In this document: piece by piece, positions 1-12,541 of the stretch
Layout: each line of letters starts with the position of its first letter
Numbering within the stretch: position 1 is the stretch's first letter
Source of the DNA: Eledone cirrhosa
Taxonomy: Eukaryota
NCBI GenBank assembly: GCA_964016885.1
Contig: OZ024740.1
Span: 189,348,001 to 189,412,000 of the forward strand
Direction: 5' to 3'
Length of the DNA: 64,000 bases
Notes under the pieces: model-generated
What the model saw: only the letters and a program-made list of their open reading frames with translations
Told to the model about the DNA's origin: nothing
The model's database searches: none
Position numbers and translations under genes: made by a program

Positions 1-2049
1 GGTAGTAACAGAGTTAAATGGGTTAAACATATTTTGTTTGGAGTTCAAATCCCTCTAACATTGACGCTATATTTTATCTTGGTGCAGTTGTTAACACAAA
101 GGTGAACATCCCTAAGATATACAAATTTGTCTCTTTTATTAACATAAAAAAACATTATGTTTATCATCATCATCATCACCACCACCACCACCACCACGAC
201 CACCAACATCATCATCGTCATCCTAATCTACAGTTTTATTAGTATTATTTTCTTTACTGACCCATGGTTAGGCATGTAATGTTTTGAAATGTTACTGATT
301 ATACATGAAATGAATGAAGTATAGAGAGTGGTACTTGGCTCATGCCAAAAACTATATTGTAAAAGATCCAATAACCAAGCCTCTATGTGATTACCCAACT
401 AAAAATAGTAAGCACATCTCACTCAGCCATCTTTAAAAAAGAAAAATTAAAATTATGCTTTTCTTGTTATTTCCAAAGGTTTACCTACTTTCTCATGTTC
501 CATCTAATTCTCATTGATGCAACACTATGGGTGAAAGTGCTGCTTGGAGGCTTTTAGCAGCGTTGCATTAAAGAATGAAAAGCCCCTCATATTCTTGGTT
601 CATTCACAAGCCCCTAGGAATTCTGTTAGCTTCTGCTATAGCTAACCTTTGAATTTCAACAAAGGGTGTTGCTATAGCAGTGACACCGGTGGCAGCCATG
701 GTTTTTTACTATTGTCTACTGCTACATTCCACTCTTTATTATTTTTTCCTATTCAGAATTCCAAGATAGCCTTATGGCCTTCAAGTTTTTGAAAGACAAA
801 TAGATGATGATGATGAACCACACTGCACATAACCAAGGCACACAGAGCTGTGCTTGGTAATGCAGTGACAACATGCTATAAAAATAAGACATAATAATAA
901 TGTTTCTACTTTGGGAATTATTCAAAATAATGATAATGATGATGATGATTTCTAATTTTGACACAAGACTAAAATTGATTAAATACCATTACTGGTATTT
1001 TATTTTATCGATACCGTAAGATTGAAAAGCAAAGTTAACCATGGCAGGATTTGAAATCAGAATGTAGAAGTGCCAGAGCAAATACTGTAAAGCATTAGTA
1101 ATCTAGTAATTCTGCCAATTCTAAACATGATCATCATCTTCATCACCACCACTAACATCATGATCATTATACTTATGTGCATTTTACAATAGATAGAAAT
1201 GTTCTTAGTGATAGTGATGGTGATTGTATATTGCTCTTTTGTTATAGCTGATGGTTTTGTTACACATAGTCCATGTTACACAGTATGATGTAAAATATTT
1301 TAGTCAATCAATCCGGAGACACTACATTACTGTGAATGGCTCCAGCAGCATTGTCATTTCCAGATGATTCTTCCCATGGAATTTCAGCCACAGGCCACTT
1401 GACGTATATGCCAATATTTCAATATTGTCGAATAACCATGTTAGCTGATAGAGTGGTTTATATCATAGAATATAACAACTGCCATTTATTAGCAAACCAG
1501 TTGATGTGTTATGATTATGATAATAATGTTTAGGAGAAAATCAGCTCTGAATGAGCAAACTTATAACAGCCTGACACATGTTAACCATTATAATACCAAC
1601 CAAACCAAAGCCACCCTAGGTTCTATCAAAATAAAAAGAAAAAATACCAAAAGAAAGCTCCCATTTAAAATGTTGCTATTTAAATTAAAATCTTGCAACA
1701 AAATTTTATGGAAAAACCATGTATTAAATTGTTATCTTAGATTATTGAAATAATTAATAGTTTTTGTAAGCCCCACAAAATTCTTCATTACTTAAATCGA
1801 ATATTGTGGATTTTATTAGAAATATGTTAATGAAAGAGTTAAACAGAGTGAAAAATTAAGCTTACCATCCTGACAGAAAAATGCTTATCAAATTTCATTC
1901 AGTGATGGTAGTGTTAGTAGTGCATTAATTGCACTGATGATAGTGTATACGTTGCATGAATGGCAGTGATAATGGTGTTGGTATCAAAACTGTGGCAACA
2001 GTGCTTTTGATAGACTACATTCATCTGCAATTACACCAACACCATCACA

Positions 2050-2320
2050 ACCATCAGTGGCTGTGATGGTAGCATTAGTGGTAAATCAGTGGTAGTGATG
2101 ATGGTGTAGTGTGGTATCAGTGGCAGTGATTGTGGTGTTGTTTTGGTGGGAGAGATGTTAGTGATATTGTATCTGTGGCAATGGTAATAGTATTGAATCA
2201 GTGACAGTGATGGTGGTGTTATATCAGTGGCATATCAATAGTGGTATGGATGTGTTGTATCAATAGCAGTTATGCCAGTGTTGTATCGGTGGCAGTAGTA
2301 GTAGTATTGTATGAGTGGTT
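2050..2320 (+). repeat. Degenerate ~26-bp minisatellite within a GTG/ATG-rich tract (about 1900-2720)
   Basis: GTATCAGTGGCAGTGATGGTGGTGTT-like units recur. Confidence 0.65.
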
Positions 2321-3253
2321 GTGATGGTTGTGATGGTTGTGATGCATCAGTGGTAGTAATGATAGCAGTAAAAGTTAAAATATATGGTTGATGTGTTTGT
2401 TGATGCAAGTGGTAATGATAGTGATGAGGATGTTTGTGGTAGTGTTGTTTTTAGTGTTATAAGCTTGTTGTTATTAATGTAGTGATGCTGCCACTGTAAA
2501 TGATGATGATGATGGTGGTGGTAGTGGTCGGGTAGAAAGCAAAGCATAAGAAATTTGATTTCATGAACAATTACTGCTTAAGTAGTTCTCCTTGAAAAGC
2601 AAATCAAAATAAAATCAATGGAGTTCAATAATAACTGTAGCAAAGTTTACTGTATGGCTGTGATTGTTGTGGTGGTTGTGATGTTTGTGGTGGTGGTGGT
2701 TGTGGTGGTAACAATAATGGTATGTATCTGAATATATATAAGTGCAGATATGTGCCTATACAGAATGACATGAATATACATAGACATTATATATATATAT
2801 AGATAGATAGATACAGTTATATAAAATGTGCACGCACACACTTATTTACATATTTTATTATTGTTGTTATTATTGCTATCATTATATAATGGACAACTTG
2901 CTTTATGGCATAGAGTTACGGGCCTTTACAGTTTGAGTTCAGATCCTGCTGACATTAGCTTTGCCTTTCTCCCCTCCCCCAATATTGTTGGCCTTGTGCC
3001 TACATCAGAAACTGTTATTATTGGGATAAATAGGCAAATTTTGTAGAATTTCCTATAAAATGTCTGCAAGCAATTGATTAATTAATTCAATTATTATGTT
3101 CTGGGTTCAAATCATGCTATGGTTTATTTTATCTATCATTCTTTTGGATCCAATGAAATATATACCAGTTAAGTATTGGGATCAACTTTTTTCTTTCATC
3201 CTGAAATTTGGGGTTTGATACTTGTGTTAGAAACCATTATTATATACAATAAG

Positions 3254-3445
3254 GGCGGTGGATTGGCAGTATTAGTAGAGGGTCGGACGACATGCTTTCC
3301 AGCATAGTTACGTCTCTTTACGATCTGAGTTCAAATCCCGCCGAGGTTGACTTTGCCTTTCATCCTTACGGGGTCGATAAAATAAAGTACCAGTAATGCA
3401 CTGGATAATCGCTGGCCTTGTGCCTAAAGTAGAAACAATTATTAT
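3254..3445 (+). mobile_element. tRNA-derived SINE with a Deu/Nin-like central domain (family A), full length
   Basis: A-box-like TGGCAGTATTAG, B-box GAGTTCAAATCC, core GCCTTTCATCCTTACGGGGTCGATAAAATAAAGTACCAG, tail GGCCTTGTGCCTAAAGTAGAAACAATTATT. Many similar copies in the window. Confidence 0.85.
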
Positions 3446-4159
3446 ATACAATAATAGAGAAATACCACAACATATAGTGGGAAGTACTTCCTCTATACTA
3501 CTTAATAATTCATACTTCATTTCATAGTATCTGTTAGAAAGTTTGTTGTTGATCAGTTCTTTCTTCTTTCATTCTTTCTCTCTCTTTCACACACACATAT
3601 AGACACATACACATGCACACACACGTACACATACACATGTGCACACTATTTTTTTCATATTGCCTTTTTTTCTTTCTTTTTTGTTTCATTCATACCAAAA
3701 TATTGTTTTTAAGTTATCATTTTTTCAGTATTTTACTTATTGGCCAGTGTTGAACTGACATTCCCATACAACACTTGCTATAGAAAATACAATGAACAAG
3801 GGAATAGCCTATTGAAAATTTGTAACCAATGATGCAATTGTCCAGAAAATTCCTAATATATATATATGAAAAAAAATAACTATTTGCTAAATTGACCCTC
3901 ATTTTCACTCTTAGATTATTGCTCTCTTTTACATTGTTTCGATGCGGCAAATGCTTAGAGTGTTGGCTACTGTGTATGGCATTCTGGAATGTAGTTAGCT
4001 TTACTCACCATTAAACTAATACATATTATCATTGTGTTGAATTGTATTGTTCATCTATGTTACATTTCTTCTTGAGTTTTGTATATATATGTATATTTAT
4101 ATATGTATATACATATATGTGTATATATATATATAGAGAGAGAGAACAACATTATTTAA

Positions 4160-4197
<38 letters not shown>

Positions 4198-4214
4198 AAC
4201 GCACACACACACAC

Positions 4215-5309
4215 ACACATATATATAATAATAATAATAATGAAATAATTGTGTAAAGTGCTCAGGTGCACTACAACTCATCAAAGGTGCATGTATAGTA
4301 CATAGAATAATAAAGTGTCAGGAAAATGAACAGTGTATGAGTCATGATATAATAACAATAACAATAATGAAATATTGTGTACAGTGCCCAGGTGCACCAC
4401 AACTCATCAAAAAAGTGCATGTAACAGTACATAGGGCAATGCACAAACATCAGTAAAATGAACAGTGAACGAGTCATGATACACACATGTGTGCATGTGT
4501 ATGGAAGGGGTACATCAGGTGTAGTTTTGGCGTATTTCGGGAAGCATGAGTGTCTTAAAGGATGCAGTGTCTCGGCAGCTAACAATTGACGCAGGCAGTT
4601 TGTTCCATGCTTTAGCAACTCTGAGCGTGAAAAAATGTCTACGAAAGTCATCGGATCTGTGCTGTTTTCTGATCTTGTAGGCATGTCCACGTGTGTTAGA
4701 CACATGGAGATCAAAAGGCACTCAGGGTTGCAATTGGCGAGATGGTTAAAAACTTTGTGGGTATTCACCAAGTCCATTGCCAGACGTCGGAGCTTCAATG
4801 AATCCATGCCCAGGGAAGCAAGGCGTTCAGAGTATGGTAGGTGTCTGATGGAGGGTATGCGCTTGGTTGCACGTCTCTGAACAGTTTCCAGGAGGTCAAT
4901 GTTCTGAGCAAGATAGGGGTTCCAGACTGATGATGCGAATTCCAAGTGTGGTCGCACCATAGCTGTATACAGTTTTAAATAGATGGCTGGAGAGTGGCTA
5001 ACAAAGGTCTTGCTGAGTGATGCCAAGACACCCTCGGCCTTCTTGACAATCTTAGAGACATGCTTTGTCCAACGCAAATCGTTGCTGACAGTAATGCCCA
5101 GGTCACGTTCACAAGAGGACTTTTTGATATCAGTGTTGTGGAGGGAGTATGTGGACGCTGGATTTTTCCTTCCAAAATGCATGGTGGTACACTTGTCCAC
5201 AGCCAGCTTCAGTTGCCAGTCTGTGATCCATTGCTGCATTGTGTCCAGGTCTGATTGTAGGAAAGAGTTGTAAATTTCAGGATCAGTCCTTTTGATTTCA
5301 AGGTACAGC

Positions 5310-5310
<1 letters not shown>
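4215..5310 (-). mobile_element. CR1-clade LINE 3' fragment (RT C-terminus and 3' UTR), frameshifted
   Basis: ORF 5239->4271 has W...WQLKL..KC..MH.G, ERDLGI.V, LY.AMVRPHLE.AS.VWNPY and LE.VQRRATK. After a frameshift near 4720 it continues NTRGH..K...RRHFF..RV..AWNKLP (ORF 4721->4515). The 3' UTR carries a ~127-bp duplication (4251-4348, 4377-4480) and an (ATT)n tail. Confidence 0.92.
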
Positions 5311-5361
<51 letters not shown>

Positions 5362-5453
5362 CACATAGACATACATATGGGGGTATCCATCAGTTTCTAG
5401 AATTTACTCACTCAAGGAATTAATTAAATAATCAATTAGTCAGAGCATTATAA

Positions 5454-5579
5454 AATTATAAGTGGGAAAAGTAAACAAGATACAAATTTACCAATTTACT
5501 TCAATGTCCAGAAACTGCAGTCAGGATATCAATGTAAATTGGTAAATTTTTCTCTTGTTTACTTTTCCCACTTATAATT
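5454..5579. repeat. Fold-back element with ~56-bp arms and GAAACTGCAGTC in the loop
   Basis: AATTATAAGTGGGAAAAGTAAACAAGA..AAATTTACCAATTTAC pairs with GTAAATTGGTAAATTT..TCTTGTTTACTTTTCCCACTTATAATT. Loop motif at 5511-5522. Confidence 0.9.
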
Positions 5580-6395
5580 ATATATATATATATATATATT
5601 TATTAAAATAACAGATTAAAGTTTAAGCAAAGAATCGATGCTTTCACCCTTAACGGGATCTCCTGAAACTAAAAAAGTCAATCTGTGAACGCAGAAGTAA
5701 ATATTTCAAAAAACGTTGCAACCGAAGGAAGACAGGAAGGTGATACTTTGGTTTGTGGAAACGTTCCCTGTCAAAGAACGGAAAAAAACGAAGATAATAC
5801 ATCTATAAGAATGAAGTGTAAGTCAGTAATCTGGAACGATATTATTTTATTAATTATGCCATTGTTATCATGTGCATTTCAATGGCATCAATTATGTAAT
5901 CAACATGAACTCATAATAAACCCACTATGTAACTATTGATACTGCTATATGTTCTGGTCTTCAGGTGACACCATTGGAAATATTCACCCAGAATATATCA
6001 CAGTATGAATAAAATGATATAAGATTCTTGAATAATGCCTTATTCTTCATTCTTATACAAAAACTCAATCGTACACAGATTTGAATGATTATATTAGTCT
6101 TGAAATTATACTCTGTGAAGTGCTAAATTCTGCATACACAAGTGTTAGTTGATCAACAAGTATAATTGTGAAACATCATCACTGTTTAATGTCTATCTTC
6201 CACAGTAGGACTGAAACAATTACCGATTAAAGAAAATGAACCAATCAAATATATATGGATGTATGCACTCACACATATACAGATATTATATGTTGAATCT
6301 TTCACATACAAATATCATTGTACATAAATGTACCTATATGTTTGGTATATATAATATATTATAAACGAAGATGATGATGATGATGATGATGATAT

Positions 6396-6654
6396 ATAGT
6401 TAAAGAAAGAAGAGTAACATATTAGGCTGTACCATAGGGGTTTTATTTAATGTACTGACAATTGTTTCGTTGATCAGATGTGTCTAGAGTTCGCTAATCA
6501 CTTGAGGCTGTGTCAATCGATCACCAATACATTTACAACTGGTCAACACATCAGAGCACATAGATATATTTATTTAAAGTACTGACAATTGTCAGTACTT
6601 TAAATAAAACCCTTATTGTACAGCCTACCATGATACCCTTCTTTCTTTAACTAT
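6396..6654. repeat. Fold-back element with ~70-bp inverted arms and an internal perfect 40-bp palindrome (6569-6608)
   Basis: ATAGTTAAAGAAAGAAG..AGGCTGTAC..GACAATTG pairs with CAATTGTC..GTACAGCCT..CTTCTTTCTTTAACTAT. Confidence 0.9.
6450..6561 (-). ncRNA. Degenerate minimal hammerhead ribozyme with a long stem II
   Basis: Minus strand: AUGUGCU-CUGAUGU-GUUGACCAGUUGU...ACAUCUGAUCAAC-GAAAC-AAUU-GUC-AGUACAU. Stem I is 7 bp and the loop AAUU is palindromic, but core A9 is U. Confidence 0.6.
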
Positions 6655-6969
6655 TATTACTCCAAGTATAACCTGCATAGGAATTACCGCGAACTCGCTG
6701 CATAACTATGGAAACATCTTGTTGAGTCAAACAAAGCCATATGTTAAAACTATCCACAATGCGGAGTACTCTAACTGGATCACCTCTAACTGGATTACCT
6801 ATAACGATAACTTGTTATCCCATATATATATATTGTTATACTTTGGGAGGGTCATATATATATATAGGTTATTTATATATATATATATATAAACATTATA
6901 TATATATACATATGTATATATATTATATATATATATATAAACATTAAATATATATATATATATATATAC

Positions 6970-7021
<52 letters not shown>

Positions 7022-7799
7022 TGTGTGTGTGTATATATATATATGCGTGTTTGCGAGCAAGTGTGTATCTGTGCGTGTATATATGGGTACGTGTGTGTAT
7101 GTGAGTGTGCATGGGTGGAGGGGGGTCTGTGAATATGTCTGTACGTGTTTGTGAGTACGAGTATATATAGGCATTTGCATGTGTATGAGCATGTGTGTGT
7201 GCATGTTGACGTATATAGGCTTGTGGGAATGTGTCTGTGTATGTACGTGCCCTGGTTGAATGTATGCGTATGTTTATATGTTTATGTGTCCTCCTTAATG
7301 TGTGGGTATAGCGGGTGTCTATGCGTATGACTGTTGTTATCTATGTGATTGTGTGTGTGTGTGTGTGAGTGCGCACGTGAATGTGTGGACAACCAAACAC
7401 AGCAGTAATTTATTGAAGTGTAGCAGACATGGGACAGTGGAATGGTACCTGTGGTCAGAAGTATGATGACGTAGACAACCAGCAGCCAATCACTGGGCGC
7501 GCGAAGAGGATGAAGTTTTTAACGGTACTGGCCCAGAGGGTCAGATACCTCAGTGAGAGAATATGCTCCAAAATCATTAGACATGTCCGTCGAACCTGTG
7601 GGTCCAGAATCAGACAGATCCACAATTGTAACACACAATAAATTGAGTTCAGATGCATCACTGATTTTTAGTTTTATATTATATCATACTCTGCTCTGTA
7701 AGAGCATAGAGTGCTCAACCGGCATACCGCCTATGGAAGCATCTTAGCTACCATCAGACACACATATATATATACATATGTATATTCATTTCATTCATT

Positions 7800-8118
7800 T
7801 CAATATATGTCTGCTTTTTCCCTGCTTGCAAGGATGGGACGGGAATTGATTCTGGCTTGATTTCTACAGCTAGATGCCCTTCCTAACATCAACCTCATTT
7901 ACAGTGAGTACTGGGTGCTTTTTTGCCGTGGCACCTCCATGACCACTTTGCAGTGGAATGATGGGGACCCCAGTCGCTATCATCTCATTTCTACAGCTGA
8001 GTATACTGGAGCAATGTGAAATAAAGTGTCTTGCTCAAGGAAACAACACATCACCCAGTCTGAGAATTGGACTCACAACCTCTCGATTGCAAGGCCAATG
8101 TTCTAACCACTAAGCCTC

Positions 8119-8120
<2 letters not shown>
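7800..8120 (-). mobile_element. Composite SINE: family B tRNA head with an RTE-type 3' tail
   Basis: The minus strand gives GGCTTAGTGGTTAG..., TTCCTTGAGCAAGACACTT, then TTAGGAAGGGCATCTAGCTGTAGAAA and CTTGCAAGCAGGGAAAAAGCAGAC, as in the RTE 3' UTR. A closely related copy lies at 55840-56200. Confidence 0.75.
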
Positions 8121-8171
<51 letters not shown>

Positions 8172-8219
8172 CATATCAACATTATATATATATATACATA
8201 TATAAATATATATATATAT

Positions 8220-8317
8220 ATAGGAAAATGTTTAACCCCAATGGCAGAGCTCAAGCCATCCAGAAATAGCCATCGAAACGGCATGAGCTCTGCCGTCGGG
8301 GTTAAACATTTTCCTAT
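8220..8317. repeat. Fold-back element with 34-bp arms and GAAAC just before the right arm
   Basis: ATAGGAAAATGTTTAACCCC..GGCAGAGCTCA pairs with TGAGCTCTGCC..GGGGTTAAACATTTTCCTAT. It follows a (TA)n tract. Confidence 0.88.
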
Positions 8318-8462
8318 TAGCCACTCTACTACCCTAAGTATTGAGTACTCTGGTGCGTTATGGTCCAGCTGGTTCCTTACCACACTTCCTTCATTGGGTC
8401 GATAAAATAAAGTACCAGTAATACACTGGGATAATTGCTGGCCTTGTGCCAAAAGTAGAAAC

Positions 8463-8493
<31 letters not shown>

Positions 8494-8595
8494 CTATATA
8501 TATATATAAACTATATATATATAAAAACTATATATATATATATATAAACTACATATATATAAAATCTATATATATATAAACTATATATATATAAA

Positions 8596-8653
<58 letters not shown>

Positions 8654-8777
8654 ATTATATATATATATATATATTTATAAACATTATATATATATCATCA
8701 TCATCATCATTATCACTTTACGTCTGCTTTTCCCTGCTTGCAAGGGTTGTATAGGTCCTATTCAGCACACCATCTCT

Positions 8778-8825
<48 letters not shown>

Positions 8826-9689
8826 ATTATATTGTCACTCAACAATGCATTTTACTAATGCCACCACTGAAATGCCTGCATTCAATGACAACCAAGATGC
8901 AAATATTAATAAAAAACTTATACTCTTTTATACTTTGCATGTACTTATTTATACATACACATAAAGTAATGAATACATGAATAAATATATATTTACATTT
9001 TGTGAATCCTCAAATCAATTGTGGTGTTGCTGTGTCACTGAAGATATATTTTACTGTAATGTATCTAGGCCAATTTTGCATGTAAGACTTCAAGTTATTC
9101 TACATAAGGATTGTATTTGCCACTGAAAACCAATAACATTTTCATCAAATATACAATAAACTGTTGCTTAGTGTAGTGGGCCGGAACTTGGCATGATCTT
9201 TATTTATAATTTAATGGACGAGGTCATCTGTTTGTTAAGAGTATTCTCGTGAGACAAAACACTAGCTAGAGCTAAGTTAAGCTTTGTTGAACTCTTTGGC
9301 TGATTAACCAGTTTTATTCACTCAGCCAGTTGTGATATCCTGAATATTGATATGTACAGATATTAATAAATGATTTTAGAGTCAGGAAATATGATCACTA
9401 AACATGTTAACTATGGTAGCAGCATTTCATTCAAATCATACCAAAAGAAGGATACATCAGATAATGTAGTTTGACACATGATATATAAAATATAGACCTT
9501 GGTTCTGTGTGAAATAAAGACTGAATAGTTATGGTTGGAACATACATTTCCTTGATTAGGTTTGCTCTGGAGCGAAATAAATTACTTAATAATCACACAT
9601 ACATTTGTAAACAGATTTATAAATATATTCATGTGTGTTTGCATGTGTAGGTTTATACTTATGTTTTATTTATTTTCACATCTTCAAAC

Positions 9690-9732
9690 ATGTATTAGGG
9701 CATATTTTTGCTAAAAATATGCCCTAATACAT
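9690..9732. repeat. Perfect 20-bp stem hairpin with a 3-nt loop
   Basis: ATGTATTAGGGCATATTTTT-GCT-AAAAATATGCCCTAATACAT. Confidence 0.95.
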
Positions 9733-11944
9733 ACATTCATCCCTCCTTCTCATACATACCTATATACATATTCACATAGCTATTGGCATAAAACACATGT
9801 GTGTTTAGATTATAAATTCATATTTACAAGTGTTTAGATACACTTATACACATCTACCCTCAGAACATATATATATTCTATAAGCTGTTGGCACTTTTAA
9901 AAATGTTCACTCCTATCCACTACCACCTAAAAGATGGAGTAAATTGAAAAATAATGGAATTTATTGATTTTATATCAAACCATTTTCAAAATGTGATGTC
10001 TCATCTGAAGATCTACTGTCTGTGGAATGTGTGAAAACAAGTTGTTAACGTAGATTGACAAAGAAGTTGCCTTGACTACCAACAGATGGGGGAAGTTTTT
10101 GTTTTATATTTTATGTTATCTTTTATATTTCCTCTTGATATTTTCTATTTTCAATTGTTTTCTTTTTTTTCTTTTTCATGTAACCAATTTCAATAGAAAG
10201 AAAGAAAATAAACATATATAAAACAATGATTAGGGGAAAATAAATAAAAAATCTGAAACCAAAAAAAAAAATATAAAATTTATTAAGCAAGAGATTAAAT
10301 ATTCAATTAGTTATAATAAATATGTGGAACAAGTAAAAATTTATTTCATTTTTAATTTTTTTTTATTCTTTGAGAAGCAATTAAAAGAAAAATATTATCT
10401 TAAGATAAAAGTGATATTTTATTTTATTTAAATTTTTGTATGAATTTATTCTTGATATTATGAAAATTCTTGATCATATAACTTTTAAGGGTGTGGGTAG
10501 AAACATAACCAAATAAAATTCTGTAAAAAAAGAATACAAAGTGATTACAAAAATAATTTAAAAAAAGTTATTTCTAACCTAAACTGGAATGGTCAGAGTG
10601 AAAGAAATTGATATTCTGTTTTGCTATAAAAATTCATCTAAAACTGATTGATTTTAGCATGTATTAAGAATTGATGGAAAGACTCTATTAATGGCTTACT
10701 TTGAAAGAATATAAAACTGTCATTTTGTGGAACATTCTATCAATAAGTGAACAAATGGAGGGTAGTATGTCGTTTCAACCTATATGTCTACAACACACAA
10801 ATTGTCTTCATTCTGTCTTTCTTTCTTAAGCTATATTCCACATAGCCTCATCATTTTCTACTAAAACTATCCTTCTTAATCTATCGCTTTGAATTCATTT
10901 CTCTGCTTCACTGAACAATTTCATTCCAAATTTCTCACATAGTTAGCCATCAGTCTTTTCATAGCACACTTTTGTACTTCCACCTCTCAGTTACATTCTT
11001 GTCATCTAATTTCCTTTAGTTATTCTAACAAAATACAATAGAAGAGAATTTTTAACCTCTTAAAAATAGATGATATGTGGAAAATTTGCTTTATATAAGG
11101 GAAAAGTAGCCATCATTGTCCTAGATGATGTCTGTCACACTCAAAATGTGCAGCTGTTGGTGTTTGTTGTGTCCTCTACAACTAATATGTCCCACAGCTC
11201 AATGGGTTCATATATTAGGTTCAATGGAACAAGTTCCTTTCTTATAAAAGCAAGTAAAGCTTGGCATCTAGAAGTTTATCTGGCCATAGAATACTGTCTC
11301 AAATAGTTTTATGCAACCCATGATTGCATGGAAAAGCAGATGTGCAAATGATTATGATGAGGGTGATGATATATAGAAAATTGCAGAGAGAGAAGGTTGC
11401 CATATTTGTGTTTAAAAAAAACCCCCAAAAAAACAAAAACAAAAAAGCCTTACAATGAATAAAAGATATTTATTTTACATATAATAGTCAGGATATTGCA
11501 TCGGCAGAATCATTAGGGTATTAAATAAAATGTTTTACAGTATTTATTTATGACTCTTTGCAATTCAGTTCCAGCCCCTCTATGATAAACGTTACTTTTC
11601 ATACACCCAGGGTCAATAATATAAATTACCTCAAAAGTTTGCAGGTCAATATAATCAACTAGCATTAAAGCCAGGCGTTGCTCGGGGTTATTAAGTTACC
11701 AAAGTTAGGTTGCACCACCCATTTTATGGCAGCACTTTTTTGTCTGCCAGGCACTGGGTGAATGAATTGCAGACCTGGAAACAGGAGCTGCGCCAGCAGT
11801 GACAATTGTAGTTTCGCCTATGGATATTATCTCTGTGCAAAAAAGTGTTGAAATTTATTGTTTCACAGTACTTGCGCAACACGCGCGTAGACGATGCCAG
11901 CCAAACAACAGTGCTGCGATGGAGTTGTTCTGCATGGTTGTCTG

Positions 11945-12320
11945 TGTGTTTTCTAAATTTAAGACAGTAGGGAGGGTTGTGATATGAGGGAGAGTTAGCT
12001 GTTGTTTCTAGCAGGTTTAGTGACCTCATAGAGAATATGTGTTTTCTAAATTTAAGACAGTAGGGAGTGGTGTGATATGGAGGAGAGTTAGCTGCTGTTT
12101 CTAGCAGGTTTAGTGACCTCATAGAAGATATGTGTTTTCTAAATTTAAGACAGTAGGGATGGGTATGATATGGGGGGGGGAGAGTTAGCTGCTGTTTCTA
12201 GCAGGTTTAGTAACCTCATAGAGGATATGTGTTTTCTAAATTTAAGACAGTAGGGAGTGGTGTGATATGGGGGAGAGTTAGCTGCTGTTTCTAGCAGGTT
12301 TAGTGACCTCATAGAGGATA
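11945..12320 (+). repeat. Tandem array of 4 units of 93-97 bp inside the Helitron-like element
   Basis: The unit TGTGTTTTCTAAATTTAAGACAGTAGGG...AGAGTTAGCTGCTGTTTCTAGCAGGTTTAGTGACCTCATAGA starts at 11945, 12038, 12131 and 12228. Confidence 0.95.
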
Positions 12321-12351
12321 TTATTGTTTATCATTATCTATAAAAGGCAGT

Positions 12352-12541
12352 TGGCGGTGGATTGGGAGTATCGGTAGAGGGTCGGACGCCATGCTTTCCA
12401 GCATAGTTACGTCCCTTTATGATCTGAGTTCAAATCCCGCCGAGGTTGACTTTGCCTTTCATCCTTACGGGGTCGATAAAATAAAGTACCAGTAATGCAC
12501 TGGGTGATTGCTGGTCTTGTGCCTGAAGTAGAAACAATTAT
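12352..12541 (+). mobile_element. SINE family A, full length, nested in the Helitron-like element
   Basis: Near-identical to 3254-3445. TTATCTATAAAAGGCAG-like sequence occurs on both sides (possible target-site duplication). Confidence 0.85.

Noticed and set aside
3254-3345. tRNA-like A and B boxes
   Set aside because: These are SINE heads with no complete cloverleaf, so they are not called as tRNA genes.
11945-12320. Regular repeats that might suggest a CRISPR array
   Set aside because: The units are contiguous with no unique spacers, there are no cas genes, and the context is eukaryotic.
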